A stretch of 63,517 bases of DNA, counting the filler, from Welwitschia mirabilis (taxonomy: Eukaryota): assembly GCA_051453625.1 (NCBI GenBank). It is 5 parts of one record of this genome, joined end to end, with 100 filler letters (N's around TTAATTAATTAA, not from the genome) between each part and the next. Parts side by side here need not be neighbours in the genome. Positions count along the whole stretch, not along the records: positions 1 to 15,955 come from JBOZIK010000001.1; 4 more parts are not named here. One strand, written 5' to 3'. The translations under genes were made by a program, and so were the position numbers. How positions within the stretch are numbered: position 1 is the stretch's first letter; every line of letters starts with the position of its first letter. Below are positions 1-13,750 of this stretch, in pieces. The notes beneath the pieces are model-generated. The model saw only the letters and a list, made by a program, of their open reading frames with translations, did no database searches and was not told the DNA's origin.

Positions 1-2791
1 AACATTTTCTATTCTATTTTCTTTGAGAATAATATCATTTATTTTATCATGCCTAACTTCATATTTAAAACTATAAAAATGACCCTATGACCTTTGTCAC
101 AAATTTGGCTAATACGGATTAAATTATGCTTTAAATCATTGACATAAAAAACTTCATTTTTTTTGATAAGTTACCTTCATCGATGCTTTTGATACCTTTG
201 ATTTTTTCTCCTCCATTAAAGTTGCTTAACTATTTGAATCTAGATTTGTCTCTTANNNNNNNNNNNNNNNNNNNNNNNNNNNNNNNNNNNNNNNNNNNNN
301 NNNNNNNNNNNNNNNNNNNNNNNNNNNNNNNNNNNNNNNNNNNNNNNNNNNNNNNATTAAAGTTTCTTAACTATTTGAATCTAGATTTGTCTCTTATTAT
401 ATCTCATGAGAACCCACTATTTAAATACTAGCTAGTACCATTTGAAACTTTGAAAGCTATCTACATTAAGAATTTTCAAATCATTATCTTTTATCTACTT
501 AGTTCTTTTAGACTAATGTGGTACGTCTCCTTTTGGAATAAATTTAAATGGAAAAGAACAAACTAAATTTAAAAATAACATTAATTTTATAGCATTGCAA
601 AATAACTTTGAATGACCTAAATTACCACAAAGATGATAAGTAACTTTAGAAATAAACTTATTTTGCTAAGTTACCTAATTTTGCTGACTTTGTGATCTTT
701 GGAGGATGAAACCAATACCCAACTTATTATGAGCTAGTTTCTAAATTCTAAGCATTTGTTTTAATTTAGTTTAATTACTATAACTTTATTAACAAAATGA
801 GATAAATATTTTACCTATAGTATAGAATCGGAATTTTTAGATTTGATCATTTTATACTTTGATTTCATTTCCTCATTTTCTTTGGTGAGAGATTTACAAT
901 TTTGTTCAGNNNNNNNNNNNNNNNNNNNNNNNNNNNNNNNNNNNNNNNNNNNNNNNNNNNNNNNNNNNNNNNNNNNNNNNNNNNNNNNNNNNNNNNNNNN
1001 NNNNNNNNNTAAATCTTTTACCTATAGTATAGGATCGGAATTTTAGATTTGATCATTTTGTACTTTGATTTCATTTCCTCATTTTCTTTGGTGAGAGATT
1101 TACAATTTTGTTTAGATAATTTATGTGCTTTACCAACTTTTCACATTCCAAGTATAGTTATTGGTAAGTGTTTTTAATCTCATCCTAATATTCTTTAATA
1201 ACATTCAAATCATCTGGTTCAAATGTACTAGGTAAGTTCTATAATGAAGGCATAATTGCCATGAAATAGAGCCTTATATCTTCATTTTAATCTTGATATA
1301 AATTACTATCATCATCCTCATTCATATTATCTGATATTATAATAAATGAAGATGTATTTAATTTTTTTGTTCNNNNNNNNNNNNNNNNNNNNNNNNNNNN
1401 NNNNNNNNNNNNNNNNNNNNNNNNNNNNNNNNNNNNNNNNNNNNNNNNNNNNNNNNNNNNNNNNNNNNNNNNNNNNNNNNNNNNNNNNNNNNNNNNNNNN
1501 NNNNNNNNNNNNNNNNNNNNNNNNNNNNNNNNNNNNNNNNNNNNNNNNNNNNNNNNNNNNNNNNNNNNNNNNNNNNNNNNNNNNNNNNNNNNNNNNNNNN
1601 NNNNNNNNNNNNNNNNNNNNNNNNNNNNNNNNNNNNNNNNNNNNNNNNNNNNNNNNNNNNNNNNNNNNNNNNNNNNNNNNNNNNNNNNNNNNNNNNNNNN
1701 NNNNNNNNNNNNNNNNNNNNNNNNNNNNNNNNNNNNNNNNNNNNNNNNNNNNNNNNNNNNNNNNNNNNNNNNNNNNNNNNNNNNNNNNNNNNNNNNNNNN
1801 NNNNNNNNNNNNNNTTATTATTTAAGCACTGATTTACCATGTGTTTAAAGCCTTTTCATGTAAAGCATTAGATCTCTTTTTCTTTTTCTTGATCCTTTTT
1901 GAATTTTAAGTGTTCTCTTCTTATTCCTCTACTTGGATTACCTTCCTTCTTTTTTATATGCAAAAATTTCTTGAATCTTCTTGCTAGAAGAGAAATTTCA
2001 TTATCATATAATTCTTCATCAGATTTCTTTGACCTTTACTCTTCCTGCATACAATTAAAAATAATATATCTCTTCTTATCTTTAGAAAATTTTAATTTAT
2101 ATGTCTAAAAATTACCTTGTAGTTCTTCTAGAGCCATAATGTTGACATGCTTGCTTTCTTTGATTACTATAAATTTTGGTTTAAATCTCTTTGTAAGGGA
2201 TCTTAACACTTTTTGAATCACTTTTATCTCAGCTAATCTTTTACATAAACTTATCATGGAATTCATGATGTCAATAAGTCTTATAAAAAATTCTTATAAA
2301 GTTTCCTTCTCATCCATATTAATGTCTTTAAATTTTGAGATAAGAATTTGAAGTTTAGCTTCTTTGATAATGGATGTCCATTCACGTACAACTTTAAAAA
2401 TATCCCATGCCTCCTTTTCATATTCTCAGTTTACAATCCATTTGAATTCATCTATATAAACTACATAAAATATATTATTAAGAGCATAAGCATCTATGGT
2501 AGCTCTGGATCTATTAGTGGTAGTCCATTAGTCTTAGGTTTTTGGAACTAAAATGGTATTATCATTAGCATTAATTTTCATTAAAGTAGGCATAGTATAT
2601 CCATTATATGTAACCTCTTCGATGTCCTCATTTAGATAAATAAGGAAGATTCTCATTTGGGCTTTCTAATATGTATAGTTTGATCCATCAAACATAGGTG
2701 AATGACTAGTGAAAAAAACCACTAGACAAATTACTCAATTTTAGGTTTTAAAGTCCAGATATCTTAGGATCTTAATATGAATTCAATGAAT

Positions 2792-2802
2792 CTCTGATAC
2801 CA
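2792..2802 (-). promoter_or_regulatory. Primer binding site (tRNA-iMet), TGGTATCAGAG
   Basis: CTCTGATACCA on the plus strand, lying between the copia gag and the LTR. Confidence 0.85.
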
Positions 2803-3759
2803 AATATAGAATCGAGAACCTTAGAGGAAGGGAAAGGGATAAATAGGTTTCTAAAAATATTCAAATAATTTTATAATATTAAATTACTTGAAATGAATCA
2901 CTAAAAAGTTATGTAACAAAACTGAAACTATTATGAAAAATAAAATAAAAGAAAGCACAAAAATACCAATCANNNNNNNNNNNNNNNNNNNNNNNNNNNN
3001 NNNNNNNNNNNNNNNNNNNNNNNNNNNNNNNNNNNNNNNNNNNNNNNNNNNNNNNNNNNNNNNNNNNNNNNNATACGAAATATAGAATCGAGAACCTTAG
3101 AGGGAGGGAATGGGATAAATAGGTTTCTAAAAATATTCAAATAACTTTATAATATTAAATTACTTGAAATGAATCACTAAAAAGTTATGCAAGAAAATTT
3201 AAACTATTATGAAAAATAAAATAAAAGAAAGCACAAAAATACCAATCAAAAGCACTTTATAGTGATTTAGGAAAACCCCCTACTTCACTCTTAATGATTA
3301 AATTCTATCTAAGTCTGATATGGATATCTTTTAATCTCATCTAAATATTATAGGTTCAACTATAACCTTTACAAATCAGCTTTTTCTAAAGGTTTAGTCT
3401 CAACCTTTTACAATAAAACATAGTAGTGATGATGGTATGCCCAAATACATAGGTATCACTAGATCATTAGATAGGAATGGTATTAAAACACTTTTTTAAA
3501 AGATAGTATAATTGAAAATAAAGAGTTCTAGAGATCTTAATATGTATGCAATGATACTAACAATTCTTGATTCATCTTTTATTAGAAATGTTATGTCAAT
3601 TAGTACAATGAAAGATCCAAAAGATTTAAAAGTTCAATATAATGTTTTTTACTCTTGGCAATATATATTAGAAGACTTTTATAGTTTTTACAAGTGAAAA
3701 GATCTTTTAATAGACATAAAATAGATACCTAATGGCTATAAAATTTGTGTTTTTATCAT

Positions 3760-4370
3760 AGTTGGTCGACCCCTTAAACATTTGGTCAATCTTACCTGGT
3801 GTTGTCACTTAATTTAGTCACCCTTATGTTCTTTCAATCGATCCTAATTTCTAATGGCTCCATGCAATTGACTCCTTAGAATTCAATCGATCACTTATCT
3901 GGTCAACCGTATATCTATCTAGTCACTCACTTGATCTAGACAAAATCCAACACAATTTTCTGCTCTAGGTTTGGTTGACCTCTTAGAAATCTAGTTAACC
4001 CCTTACTGATTGGCTATGAAGTATTGATTCTCAGTTGCATAGGTATAGTAAAACCCTCATGTGTTTGATTGATCTTATGATGATTTATTAAGAAGTACTA
4101 AATGCATATTGCTTAGGTCCAGTCAACCCCTCAAATGTCTAGTCGATCCCTTGATGATTAGCTAAGAAATATTAGATACATAATGCTTAGGTCCAGTTGA
4201 CCTCTTAGATGTTTGATTGATCCCTTGATGATCATTTAAGAAGTACCAGTGATTAGGTTTATAAGTGTGGTCGATCCTTCAAATGCTTAGTTAACCTTTT
4301 TAAATTCAATTCTCTTCTATGAATTTGCTTTAGATGCAGTTAACCCCTCATTAGTTTGATCGATCCACAA
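3760..4370. repeat. Array of degenerate GGTCGACC / GTCGATCC palindromic motifs in the SIRE-like LTR
   Basis: About 15 variants (ggtcgacccc, agtcaacccc, agtcgatccc, agttgacctc, gattgatccc, agttaacccc), often paired ~21 bp apart, with a ~75-bp higher-order period. Variants are CpG-deamination products. Confidence 0.7.
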
Positions 4371-4569
4371 GAGGATATCAAAAATTTATAGGTTTTAGGA
4401 TTAAAATATGACATAAAATACTTTAGCTTCTAACCTACAATTTAATCAATATTTTTTACATAGTATATAATAAACTTAGCTGTGTAGTAAAAATTAGTTT
4501 GACATCAATTGACAAATAATAATTCAATAGATGATAGACTTTTATAAGTGTTTAACTAATGCATCAACT

Positions 4570-6950
4570 TCAATGTTTGCAAAAAATCTATCTCAAAAAT
4601 AGAAAGTATTAGAATCTACTCCAAATGTTGTAAAATGTCATGGAGATTTCATGCTTTTGTATCTTTCATCTCGTCTATCCATTATCAAGGAATTCTAGCA
4701 TAAACTTATCTAATATCATCTAAAACTATTCTAAATATCTTATTAAATATATGCAAGTTGGTAGCGCAACATTTATTAAGTTTGAGATAGAAGGAGATCA
4801 CCATCATTACCATTGTACTCTCTCTTAAGGATGGTATATAGGTGAGGTAATGAAAACTAGATAATGACTATGATGTTTCACTGAGGTAATTTACACTTTA
4901 TTCTTTTTCTCCTTTTTAAAGATAGATCATATCATTGAAAAGGATGTGATCACTATAAGGCTTAGGAGTAATACCTAAAATTGATAAATTTTTTATTAAT
5001 CACCTAATTATTTAGGCCCCTTGTGTTCAAAATTACTATGTTAAAATGAGGATTTTTAAACAATATTACTTTATTTTTATTTATACATGTTATCATTGTA
5101 GGTTAGATTTATTAGTTTGTCATACTTGTATAGGTTGAATAGATCATTTAATTATAGATGAAAGTAAGATCCTTTTTGAATTAACTATACCTTTCTATTG
5201 TAACTAATTTTCATTATTTTGATCTTTTTAATGTCATTGTAATTTAGATAGATCATTTGAAGTTGTAAATATGAGAAAAATCCCTTTTGAAATTGACTAT
5301 AGATTTTTAATTTTTCTACTATTTCTTTTTCATTTTTTATTTGATAACTTTTCTTTATGAAAAGGATAAGTCCATTACTTCATTATAGATGTAATTATTA
5401 TCTTCTTAAGAATCAATTATACCTCATAACCTATAATGTCTTTTTCCTATTATATCAATTTATGATAACCTCAAAAGGAAAGTTTTAGCTCTTATTAGAT
5501 TTCTTTACACTATCATTAATAACTAAAATCATGGCTAATGTCCTAGTTACTCTTTATAATAATCATAGTTGGGAAGATTTACCTAAAGATTTCATGTTCA
5601 TCATGAACATACATCGTTTTGACACTAATGTTCTTAAGAAAGCACATATTCCTCTTTAACCTATAGTGTAAGAAATGCTTGAGAGTCTCATGATTGTAAG
5701 CTAGTAGAAACCATATAAGATTTAATTCAAATCCTTATTAGAATTAACAATAATATTTAGGAGCAACTTAAGGGAAAAGGATAATAAATCAAGACTTTTA
5801 TTATTTCATGTCCAACCTTGGACTAGATTTTGAGTGATTAGTCAAAGTTACATTTACATCTCATTTTATTATCTAATCAGATGCATTCCTTTTTAATAGA
5901 TGTAAGTTTACAATTGAAAACTATAGAAGTAATTGTTAAAAATGATAAATATATATTAGAAAAGCCTCTTAAACCTTTTAAGATAGTTATGGTAAGCACA
6001 ATTAGGGATCCCACTAAAAGAATAATCTCCTTTCTATTGAAAGTCAATGAAAGAATGGTTTTTTACATAATTTTAATATATGAGAATATTATAAATTCTA
6101 TTTAGTTACTAGAAGTTATAAAATATTATTTTGTCCTACTTGCTCCAATATGCAACATAGAAGCTTTAAAGGTTGATATAAGTACCTCCTAAAGATTTGA
6201 AAGACTTATAGATGTTGTTAAAACAATGTTTTCTAACTAAACAAGTTATTAAATAGGCATAACAGGATCCAAAGAAGCTGTAATAAACTAGTATTGATAA
6301 TTTCAAGGAGGATGAAATAATTTTTATAAAATAAATATAACAATAATTTTCACTTATTTTATATTAATTGGCCCCAAATTGTCATACATGTTAGATATGT
6401 AACTACCAGATAGTTTTATAACCAATTTTATTGGATATAAATATGTAATGCAATGAGACAAAAGGTGTATAAATAGAGTGATAGAGCAAAACACTTTTTA
6501 AGCATTGTCTGAATAAAGAATATATCACTTTTTTAGAAAATTTGATGGAAATGATTATGCAAAATTTTGGCCTTGGCCTTACTAATAAAACTATTATTTT
6601 TAAAGTTTTGTATGTCTTCTAAATAAGATTTTTAAATTATTACTTGCTTTAATTAGCTTGTCTACTATTTTACTTCTCATAGTATATTATCATTTATAAT
6701 GCATTTTATTTTATTAAGTAAATTAGATGTTTTATCATCATTAGTGTTAGGATTCAAAATTTAATGAAATGACCATTAAATAACTTTCATGATTTTTAGA
6801 CTAATTTATGTTATGAAGGATTCATATTTTAAGACCTTTCCATTATTGCCTCTAATTGAATATTGTTTAAATTATCATAATTATGATTTGATTTATCTTG
6901 GATATATTATTTGAATTATCATAATCATTATTTCATTTAGTTTGGATATA
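4570..6950 (+). pseudogene. Highly decayed unknown reading frame; probable paralogue of 33300-35060, weakly ankyrin-repeat-like
   Basis: MFIMNIHRFDTNVLKKAHIPL (~5595-5657) aligns with KIVFNVDYEVEIFKACHLPL (~33850-33910). The ORF at 5881 contains PLKPF...KRIISFLLKVN. 6882-6912 resembles 35563-35592. Confidence 0.3.
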
Positions 6951-6952
6951 AT

Positions 6953-7043
6953 TGTTACACTACCAATTTACGGTTATTTGATGGGTTTTATGAGTTGTTT
7001 TATAAGACTTTTATATAGGTTTTAGTGTAATTCTGAGGATTTT
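6953..7043 (+). mobile_element. 5' fragment of an Athila-type LTR (family B), interrupted by a family-A LTR
   Basis: Starts TGTTACACTACCAATTTACGGTTATTTGATGGGTTTTATGAGTTG, closely matching the start of the solo LTR at 53629. Confidence 0.7.
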
Positions 7044-8307
7044 TATTGCGCCACCAGCTTATGTGTATTTGATAGGATATTCTAAGTTATTTTGTAGGTA
7101 AATTAGCCAATAAATGCTTAGTTCTCATGATAATGGAGAACCAGAATGAAAAGAATGAAAACATAAAAGTTACAGTTAAATTACAAGAATTTTATGCAGA
7201 TGTCGATAAATGACATTTTAGATAATGATTCCTACAAATAACAAAGTAATCAAACTAACTAAAAGTTAATAAAAGACCATCATCCACCTTATCGTCTGGA
7301 CGTTAGTTGTGGATGACATCTTCAACTGGTCGATAACAATTCACATGTAATTCACAGGCAGTTAAACTAGAGCAGACAAGGACTTCTAATTATCAATCAG
7401 CATCATCTTCTATATCATCTGGATGATAGGAGAAGACAACACTGTTCTCTCACACTTCCACTAAATGTTCACCCAAGTTGTCGCCACTTTATTATGACTT
7501 TTCTTTGCATGTTAGCTAAGGTTTTTCCTATACTCTTCTATCAATTTCCCTTTCTTTATTATCTATAAATAAGGGTCTTTCCTTCAATTCCTAATCATCT
7601 TTGACAGTACCTAACATACTTGTGATAGGAGATCATAAGATTGGAGAATCATTCTGTGATTGCAAAGAGATGTTCCCTTGGTGTTGGATGGCGTTTACTC
7701 TATTGAGAAATGGCTACTTTGTAATACAAATGTTGTATGCATTTTAATATGAATTATCTTCTTTTATGTTTAATATATGTAGGAACTTCTCCCTCATAGT
7801 CTATGTTATTTACGATTCAGTGACAAGATTTTTTTATTATATAGATTATGAGGGCAGCCTTTGTTAAGGTTGAGCTTAGTTAGTTTAGATGCATTGTTAT
7901 TTCTTTTTCTAGAATATTTTTGCATAAATATGTTTTATTGTTTCATTTCTATGCATTGCAATTTATTTTAATAAGTTAGGATTACATAATTTTCTCTTAA
8001 AAGTAACTCTTTTATTTTTATACTTTTGCCTTCAATGGAATTATGACATTCAGATTACTCCCGTCTATACTAGTGTATTGTGTTTGTGCATATTATTTGT
8101 GATTAATAGGATTCAGCTCAAGATATAAACATTGCATAAACATCTTAGTGCCGTTGCTAGGAAAGGCTACTTGGAGATCAAGAGTTATCATTGTTTCAAT
8201 GGATATTCTGAATGTTTGCTGCAGCTATAGTATACTAGTATTTTCTATAAGTTTTTGTTTTAGTTTTTTTTTTCCTGCTAACCCCTAACGTCCCCTTTGT
8301 CATCCAG
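7044..8307 (+). mobile_element. Athila-like family-A LTR (7044-8142) plus PBS and start of 5' UTR
   Basis: Colinear with 8599-9851. Ends ...GCATAAACA, followed by TAGTGCCGTTGCTAGG, a decayed tRNA-Asp-type PBS (TGGCGCCGTTGCCGGG) typical of Athila. Confidence 0.8.
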
Positions 8308-8407
8308 NNNNNNNNNNNNNNNNNNNNNNNNNNNNNNNNNNNNNNNNNNNNNNNNNNNNNNNNNNNNNNNNNNNNNNNNNNNNNNNNNNNNNNNNNNNNN
8401 NNNNNNN

Positions 8408-8598
8408 ATAAGGTCTAATCTTGATGAGAGAAAGATTGGTAATTAAAGAGATTTATTATTCATGACATTTGCATTTCATCATCATTCATCTTGGATTGTA
8501 TTGCATTATCTCTTATTTTTACTTACTAAAAAAGGAAATACTAAAAATGATTTGTTGAAATCAATTCTTTAATTTCTAGCATTAGTTCCTTCAATGGA
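8408..8598 (+). mobile_element. Fragment of an Athila-type LTR related to 26007-27117
   Basis: Aligns with the reverse complement of ~26007-26175 (TTGCATTTCAT..TTCATCTTG.ATT..ATTGCATTAT..TTACTAAAA). Confidence 0.6.
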
Positions 8599-11500
8599 TG
8601 TTGTGCCACCAATTTATGTGTATTTGATAGGATAGTCTGAGTTATTTTGCAGGTAAATTAGTAGATAAATGTTTAGCTCCCATGATAATGGAGAACTGGG
8701 ATGAAAAGAATGAAAACATGTAATTTCTAGATAAATTACAAACATTTTGTACAGATATGGATAAATAATATTTTAAATGATAATTCTTGCAAACAACAAG
8801 TGATTAGACTAACTAAAGATTGACAAAAGACTATCATTCACCTCATCGTCCAGACGTTATTTGTAGATGACATTTCCAAACTAGTTGATAATATTTCACA
8901 TGCAGCTCATAGGAAGTTAAACTAAAGCAAATAAGGACTTCTAATTATCAGTTAACATCATCTTCTATATCATCCAGACGAGTAGAAGGATGATATTGTT
9001 CTCTCACACTTTCACCCAATGTTCANNNNNNNNNNGTTGTCGCCACTTTATTGTGACTTTTCTTTGCATGTTAGCTAGGGTTTTTTCCACACTATTTTAT
9101 CAGTTTCCTTTTTTTCTATCTATAAATAAGGGTCTCCCCTTTGATTCTTAATCATCTTCTATAGTACCTGGCATACTCGTAATAAAAGATCTTAAGACCA
9201 AAAAACCATTCTATAATTGTAAAGAGATGTTCCCTTAGTATTGAGTGGCATTTCCTTCATTGAGAAATGACTATTTATAATACAAAAGTGATAGCATTCT
9301 TATAATAAAATATTTTCTTTTGTATACAAAATATTCTCCCTCATAGTTTACGTTATTTGAGATTTGGTAACAAGCCTTTTTTATTATATAGATTATGAGA
9401 GCAGCCTTTGTTAAGGTTGAGCTTAGTTAGTTTAGATGCATTGTTATTTCTTTTCCTAGAATATTTTTGCATACATATGTTTTATTGTTTCATTTATATG
9501 CATTGAAATTTATTTCAATAAGTTAGGATTACATAATTTTCTCTTAAAAGCAACTCTTTTATTTTCATACTTTTGCCTTCAATGGAATTATGACATTCAG
9601 ATTAATCCCGTCCATACTAGTGTATTGTGTTGGTGCATATTATTTGTGATTAATAGGATTCAGCTTAAGACATAAACATTGCATAAACATCTTAGCGCCA
9701 TTGCCAGGAAAGGCTACTTAGAGATCGAGAGTTATCATTGCTTCAATGGATATTCTGAATGTTTGCTGCAACTATAGTATACTAGTATTTTCTATAAGTT
9801 TTTATTTCAGTTTTTTTTCTTGCTAATCCCTAACGTCCCCTTTGTCATCCAGACGTCATAGTCGGATGACTATCCTATTTTCTACTTTATCTTTTTTTAT
9901 GGTTATCTTTGTTTATGTTGTCCAGGTTATCATCCAAACGATGCATAGGATGGTAACTTTTTAGATCCAAGATTAAATGATTAAAATTAGAAAAAAGGAA
10001 AAATATCAGAGCGAGCAACAGTTCACTGCTGAAAATATCCAGGAAGGCTTTCTAAATTTTAAAATTAAAATAATAAAGGTATGTAAGATTTACAATTTCC
10101 TACAATTTCTGATTTTAATTCCATAGAGTCTAATACTATGTTGACTTCTAACTAAAAACAAAAATAACCTATCTCTCTAAATCTACTCCCTGTCATTAGA
10201 ATCCTTACTTCTACTACTTCTCAACCTAATACTCATGCTACTTTAAGAGATTTCATAGCAACCAAAAAACATAAAATCCACAATCCTTTTGACTTACCTC
10301 TTGGTGATGATGTAGAACTTCGAAACTTAAATTCTTATCCTACCTTTAGTGGAGAACCTAATAAAGATCCTTCACAACACATCACCAAAATCGAACAACT
10401 TATCCTTACCTCTCGAAATGGTAAAAAATGAATANNNNNNNNNNNNNNNNNNNNNNNNNNNNNNNNNNNNNNNNNNNNNNNNNNNNNNNNNNNNNNNNNN
10501 NNNNNNNNNNNNNNNNNNNNNNNNNNNNNNNNNNCATAGCAACCAAAAAACATAAAATCCACAATCCTTTTGACTTACTCTTGGTGATGATATAAAAATT
10601 CGAAACTTAAATGCTTATCCTACTTTTAGTGGAGAACCTGATAAAGATCCTTTACAATACATCACCAAAATCGAACAACTTATCCTTACCTCTAGAAATG
10701 GTAAAAAATGAATAAGTGATAGAACCTGTATGGTTATTGTTACAGTGCGAATTTATGCAATGTTTCATGCCTTGAATTAAATCCTANNNNNNNNNNNNNN
10801 NNNNNNNNNNNNNNNNNNNNNNNNNNNNNNNNNNNNNNNNNNNNNNNNNNNNNNNNNNNNNNNNNNNNNNNNNNNNNNNNNNNNNNNNNNNNNNNNNNNN
10901 NNNNNNNNNNNNNNNNNNNNNNNNNNNNNNNNNNNNNNNNNNNNNNTTAAAATAATGATGCAAAACTAATCTATAAAATTAAAATAATAATGCAACTAAT
11001 CTAATCAAGCTTAACCTTGATAAAGGATGCCCTCATAATCTATATAATAAAAGAAACCTATCATGAATCTTAAACAACATAAACTATGAGGGAGATATTC
11101 CTGCATATACTGAAGAAAAAAGGATAATTCATATTAAAAAGCATAAAAGCATCTGCATTACAAAGTAGCCATTTCTTAATGAAGGAAACACCGTTCAACA
11201 CCAAGGGAATGTCTCTTTGTAATCACTAGATGGTTCTCCAGTCTTAAGATCTTCTGTTACAAGAATGTTAGGTATTATCAAAGATGATCAGGGATTGAGG
11301 GGAGACCTTTATTTATAGATAGAAAAGGAAGGGAAACTGACAGAGAAGTAAAGGAGAAACCCTAGCTAACATGCAAAGTAAAGCCGCAAAGAAGTGGCGA
11401 CAACTTAGGAATACATTCAGTAAAAGTAAGAGAGAACATTTTCATCCTTCTTGTTGTTTGGACAAAGTAGGAGATGATGATGATTGATAATTGGAACTCT

Positions 11501-12449
11501 AGTTCTACTTTAGTTTATCTNNNNNNNNNNGTAATAACTAGAAAATGATGTGAACAATGATGTCTGATAGGAAGATCTCAATTCCACTGAAAGTTATCTA
11601 GATGTGAACTTTGATTATTATCTAGTTGAAGTTGTCATCCTGACTTTGATCTGGATGATGTAAGGGACAACAATATTTTTGTCAATCTTCAGTTAGTCTG
11701 ATAGCTTTGTTATTTGCAGTGATCATTCTCCAAAATGTAATTTATTTGTATCTTGATGCAATGCTCGTATTTTATCTAGAATTTGCATGTTTTCTTCTTA
11801 TTCAACTCAATTCTCGATTATTATAAAAACTAAGAATTTATCTGTTGGTTTATTTGTAAAACAACTCAAAATACCCTATTAAATACACATAAGTTGGTGA
11901 TGCAACATAGCCTCCCACTTATCCTTATCAGTCTCTAACAAGACTAGGTAGTAAACTATATTTATGATCCAACTTTTCAAACAATAAAAACTAGGATATA
12001 TAAAGAAAGAATCTAAAAAAAAGAATTACAAAATATTTTGAAGATGAAGTGAATTGCTAGAAAATTCAAAACTAAATAGAAAAACCTACAAAGCATCAAA
12101 ATTCGGTCATCTAGTACTGTTGTCCAGATGATGGGAGGACAACAAACACAGTAAAAATTCCTCAAAACTAGAACCTGTGACAAAAATTAAATTTTTTACT
12201 AATTAATAATCAGCCAAAAATTCATAATAAGAAGCCCCTCCCACTGTGATAAACAGTTAAAATAAAAAGACATGCTCGACAATAAATGCAATCTTCACTG
12301 TGAAAATTAAAAAGTAGTCATGTAAAAATCAGAAGAAGTATACACCATGCTGAAACAAAATGATATATCTATATAATAATGAGAGTTTTTACTACAAAAA
12401 GTGCAGAAGGGGGTATAAAATATAGTCTAAAATCACTTCCCTTATCTAC

Positions 12450-13750
12450 GCATGATAAATTCTAGATTAGTAACTAGCTCAGGAGCAGGGGAAGAGGAGG
12501 GATGATCAGTATCTATGGGGAAATGGTCATCAAGAGTTACTACAATAGATCTAACTATCTGATCATCTTATATACGTACTGATTCTAGGAGGTCTACAGT
12601 CACATTCTACTGTACGGAAGCAACATGCTAGTGTATGTCTACAATCTGCTCCTCTGTGTGTTGTGCTCTCCTTTCTATATATGTAATCCACTACTCAACT
12701 CTCTACTTGAAAGATATGATCTGGTGCTCTAAGATCTATATCCTCTGATCCATAAATCCTTTGAGGGACTCGGTACTCTCAACCAAAAGGGCTTGGATCT
12801 GCTCCAATGATGCTACACCTGTAGGTCTCTGTACCTGAAGTCTCTCAATCTCTCCTACTATCTGTATCCTCATATCCTATAAATAATTAGCAAAAGTCTG
12901 AATATGTGTAAAACAATACTCACCTATAGGCTCTAGTATCCCGAATCATCTGAATAAAGTAGACAGAAGACATGGATAGTCAAGTTTCTATAAATAACAT
13001 GTCTCAATCATAGATCGAAGTCTCCTCCAAATAAAAGTTAATAAATCCATCTACTCCCCCTGTCAAAAAGCTGCCAGAATCTATAGATGTATGACCATGA
13101 CATGACTCTCATGGTATGATGGACAGATGCTGTGAATCAGTCCTTAGTGTAAAACTCTATAGGTAGAAATCAATTGGGTAACATTCACACCTCATCGATC
13201 AGTGGTTATGTCAGCTGGAATATCTAAAATGGCACTATAAGCTCAACGCTCCTCTGTCCTGCTAGCTAAATGGATGTGTAAACTCCCAAGACCTCTAAGA
13301 TCTGTAATGAATACTATATGAGATGGAAGAATGACAATCTCATGGTCTCAAATATATGTAATAATGTGATCCTGCAGCTAACCACGTGTGTCTGGGATCC
13401 TCTCTATATGCATGATGTTATAAAATTATCTTATCTCTAAAGAATAATAGGCACCTTATGCATTTGTAATCCATTTGAGCTATAGCTTTGTCAGTCTCTG
13501 ATCAACCTCAGGATCTAAATGGCTCATGAAATAACTGAAGTATCTCTTGACATGAATTCTAGCTATCTGTATGCTCATAAGTCATTTGTGTCAAGGTGGG
13601 GATGTATGGATTCCTCATGCTATACTTTAAGCTCAACTAAAGGGCCTATTGCCTACTCTACTAACTCAAATGAAGCTTGTGTATATCTAGCTCTATGTGT
13701 ACATGGCCTGCTCAATCCTAGACACAAAACTCATCATGCAAAACTAGATA
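12450..13750 (-). pseudogene. Decayed env-like / 'putative plant transposon protein' extra ORF of the Athila-like element
   Basis: GAYYS*EIR*FYNIM...DHIITYI*DHEIVILPSHI (cf. Y..LVREFY.N...VRG..I motif of Athila extra ORFs). C-terminal coiled-coil-like SLEQIQALLVESTESLKGFMDQRI, then DDHFP..HPSSSPAPE. Located between integrase and the 3' LTR. Confidence 0.65.

Larger units (their letters stand above)
1..4568 (-). mobile_element. Decayed Ty1/copia LTR retrotransposon, Sirevirus/SIRE-like (5' LTR, PBS, gag, protease; continues off the left edge)
   Basis: Minus-strand translation gives SPMFDGSNYTY*KAQMRIFL (~2710-2645, copia gag N-terminus), VIQKVLRSLTKRFKPKFIVIKESK..MALEELQG (~2220-2110, UBN2-type gag), *YLNSGFS*DI.RDKSRF and VFYVNDLKHNLIRISQICDKG (~435-90, copia protease). 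Met-tRNA PBS at 2792-2802. The LTR end (AACCTTAGAGGGAGGG..ATAGG) and a palindrome-rich LTR resemble Sireviruses. Many stops; LTR start approximate. Confidence 0.8.

Noticed and set aside
4590..4830. MuDR-like C..WR.HA or RPA-like peptides
   Set aside because: Isolated short matches with no supporting downstream domain.
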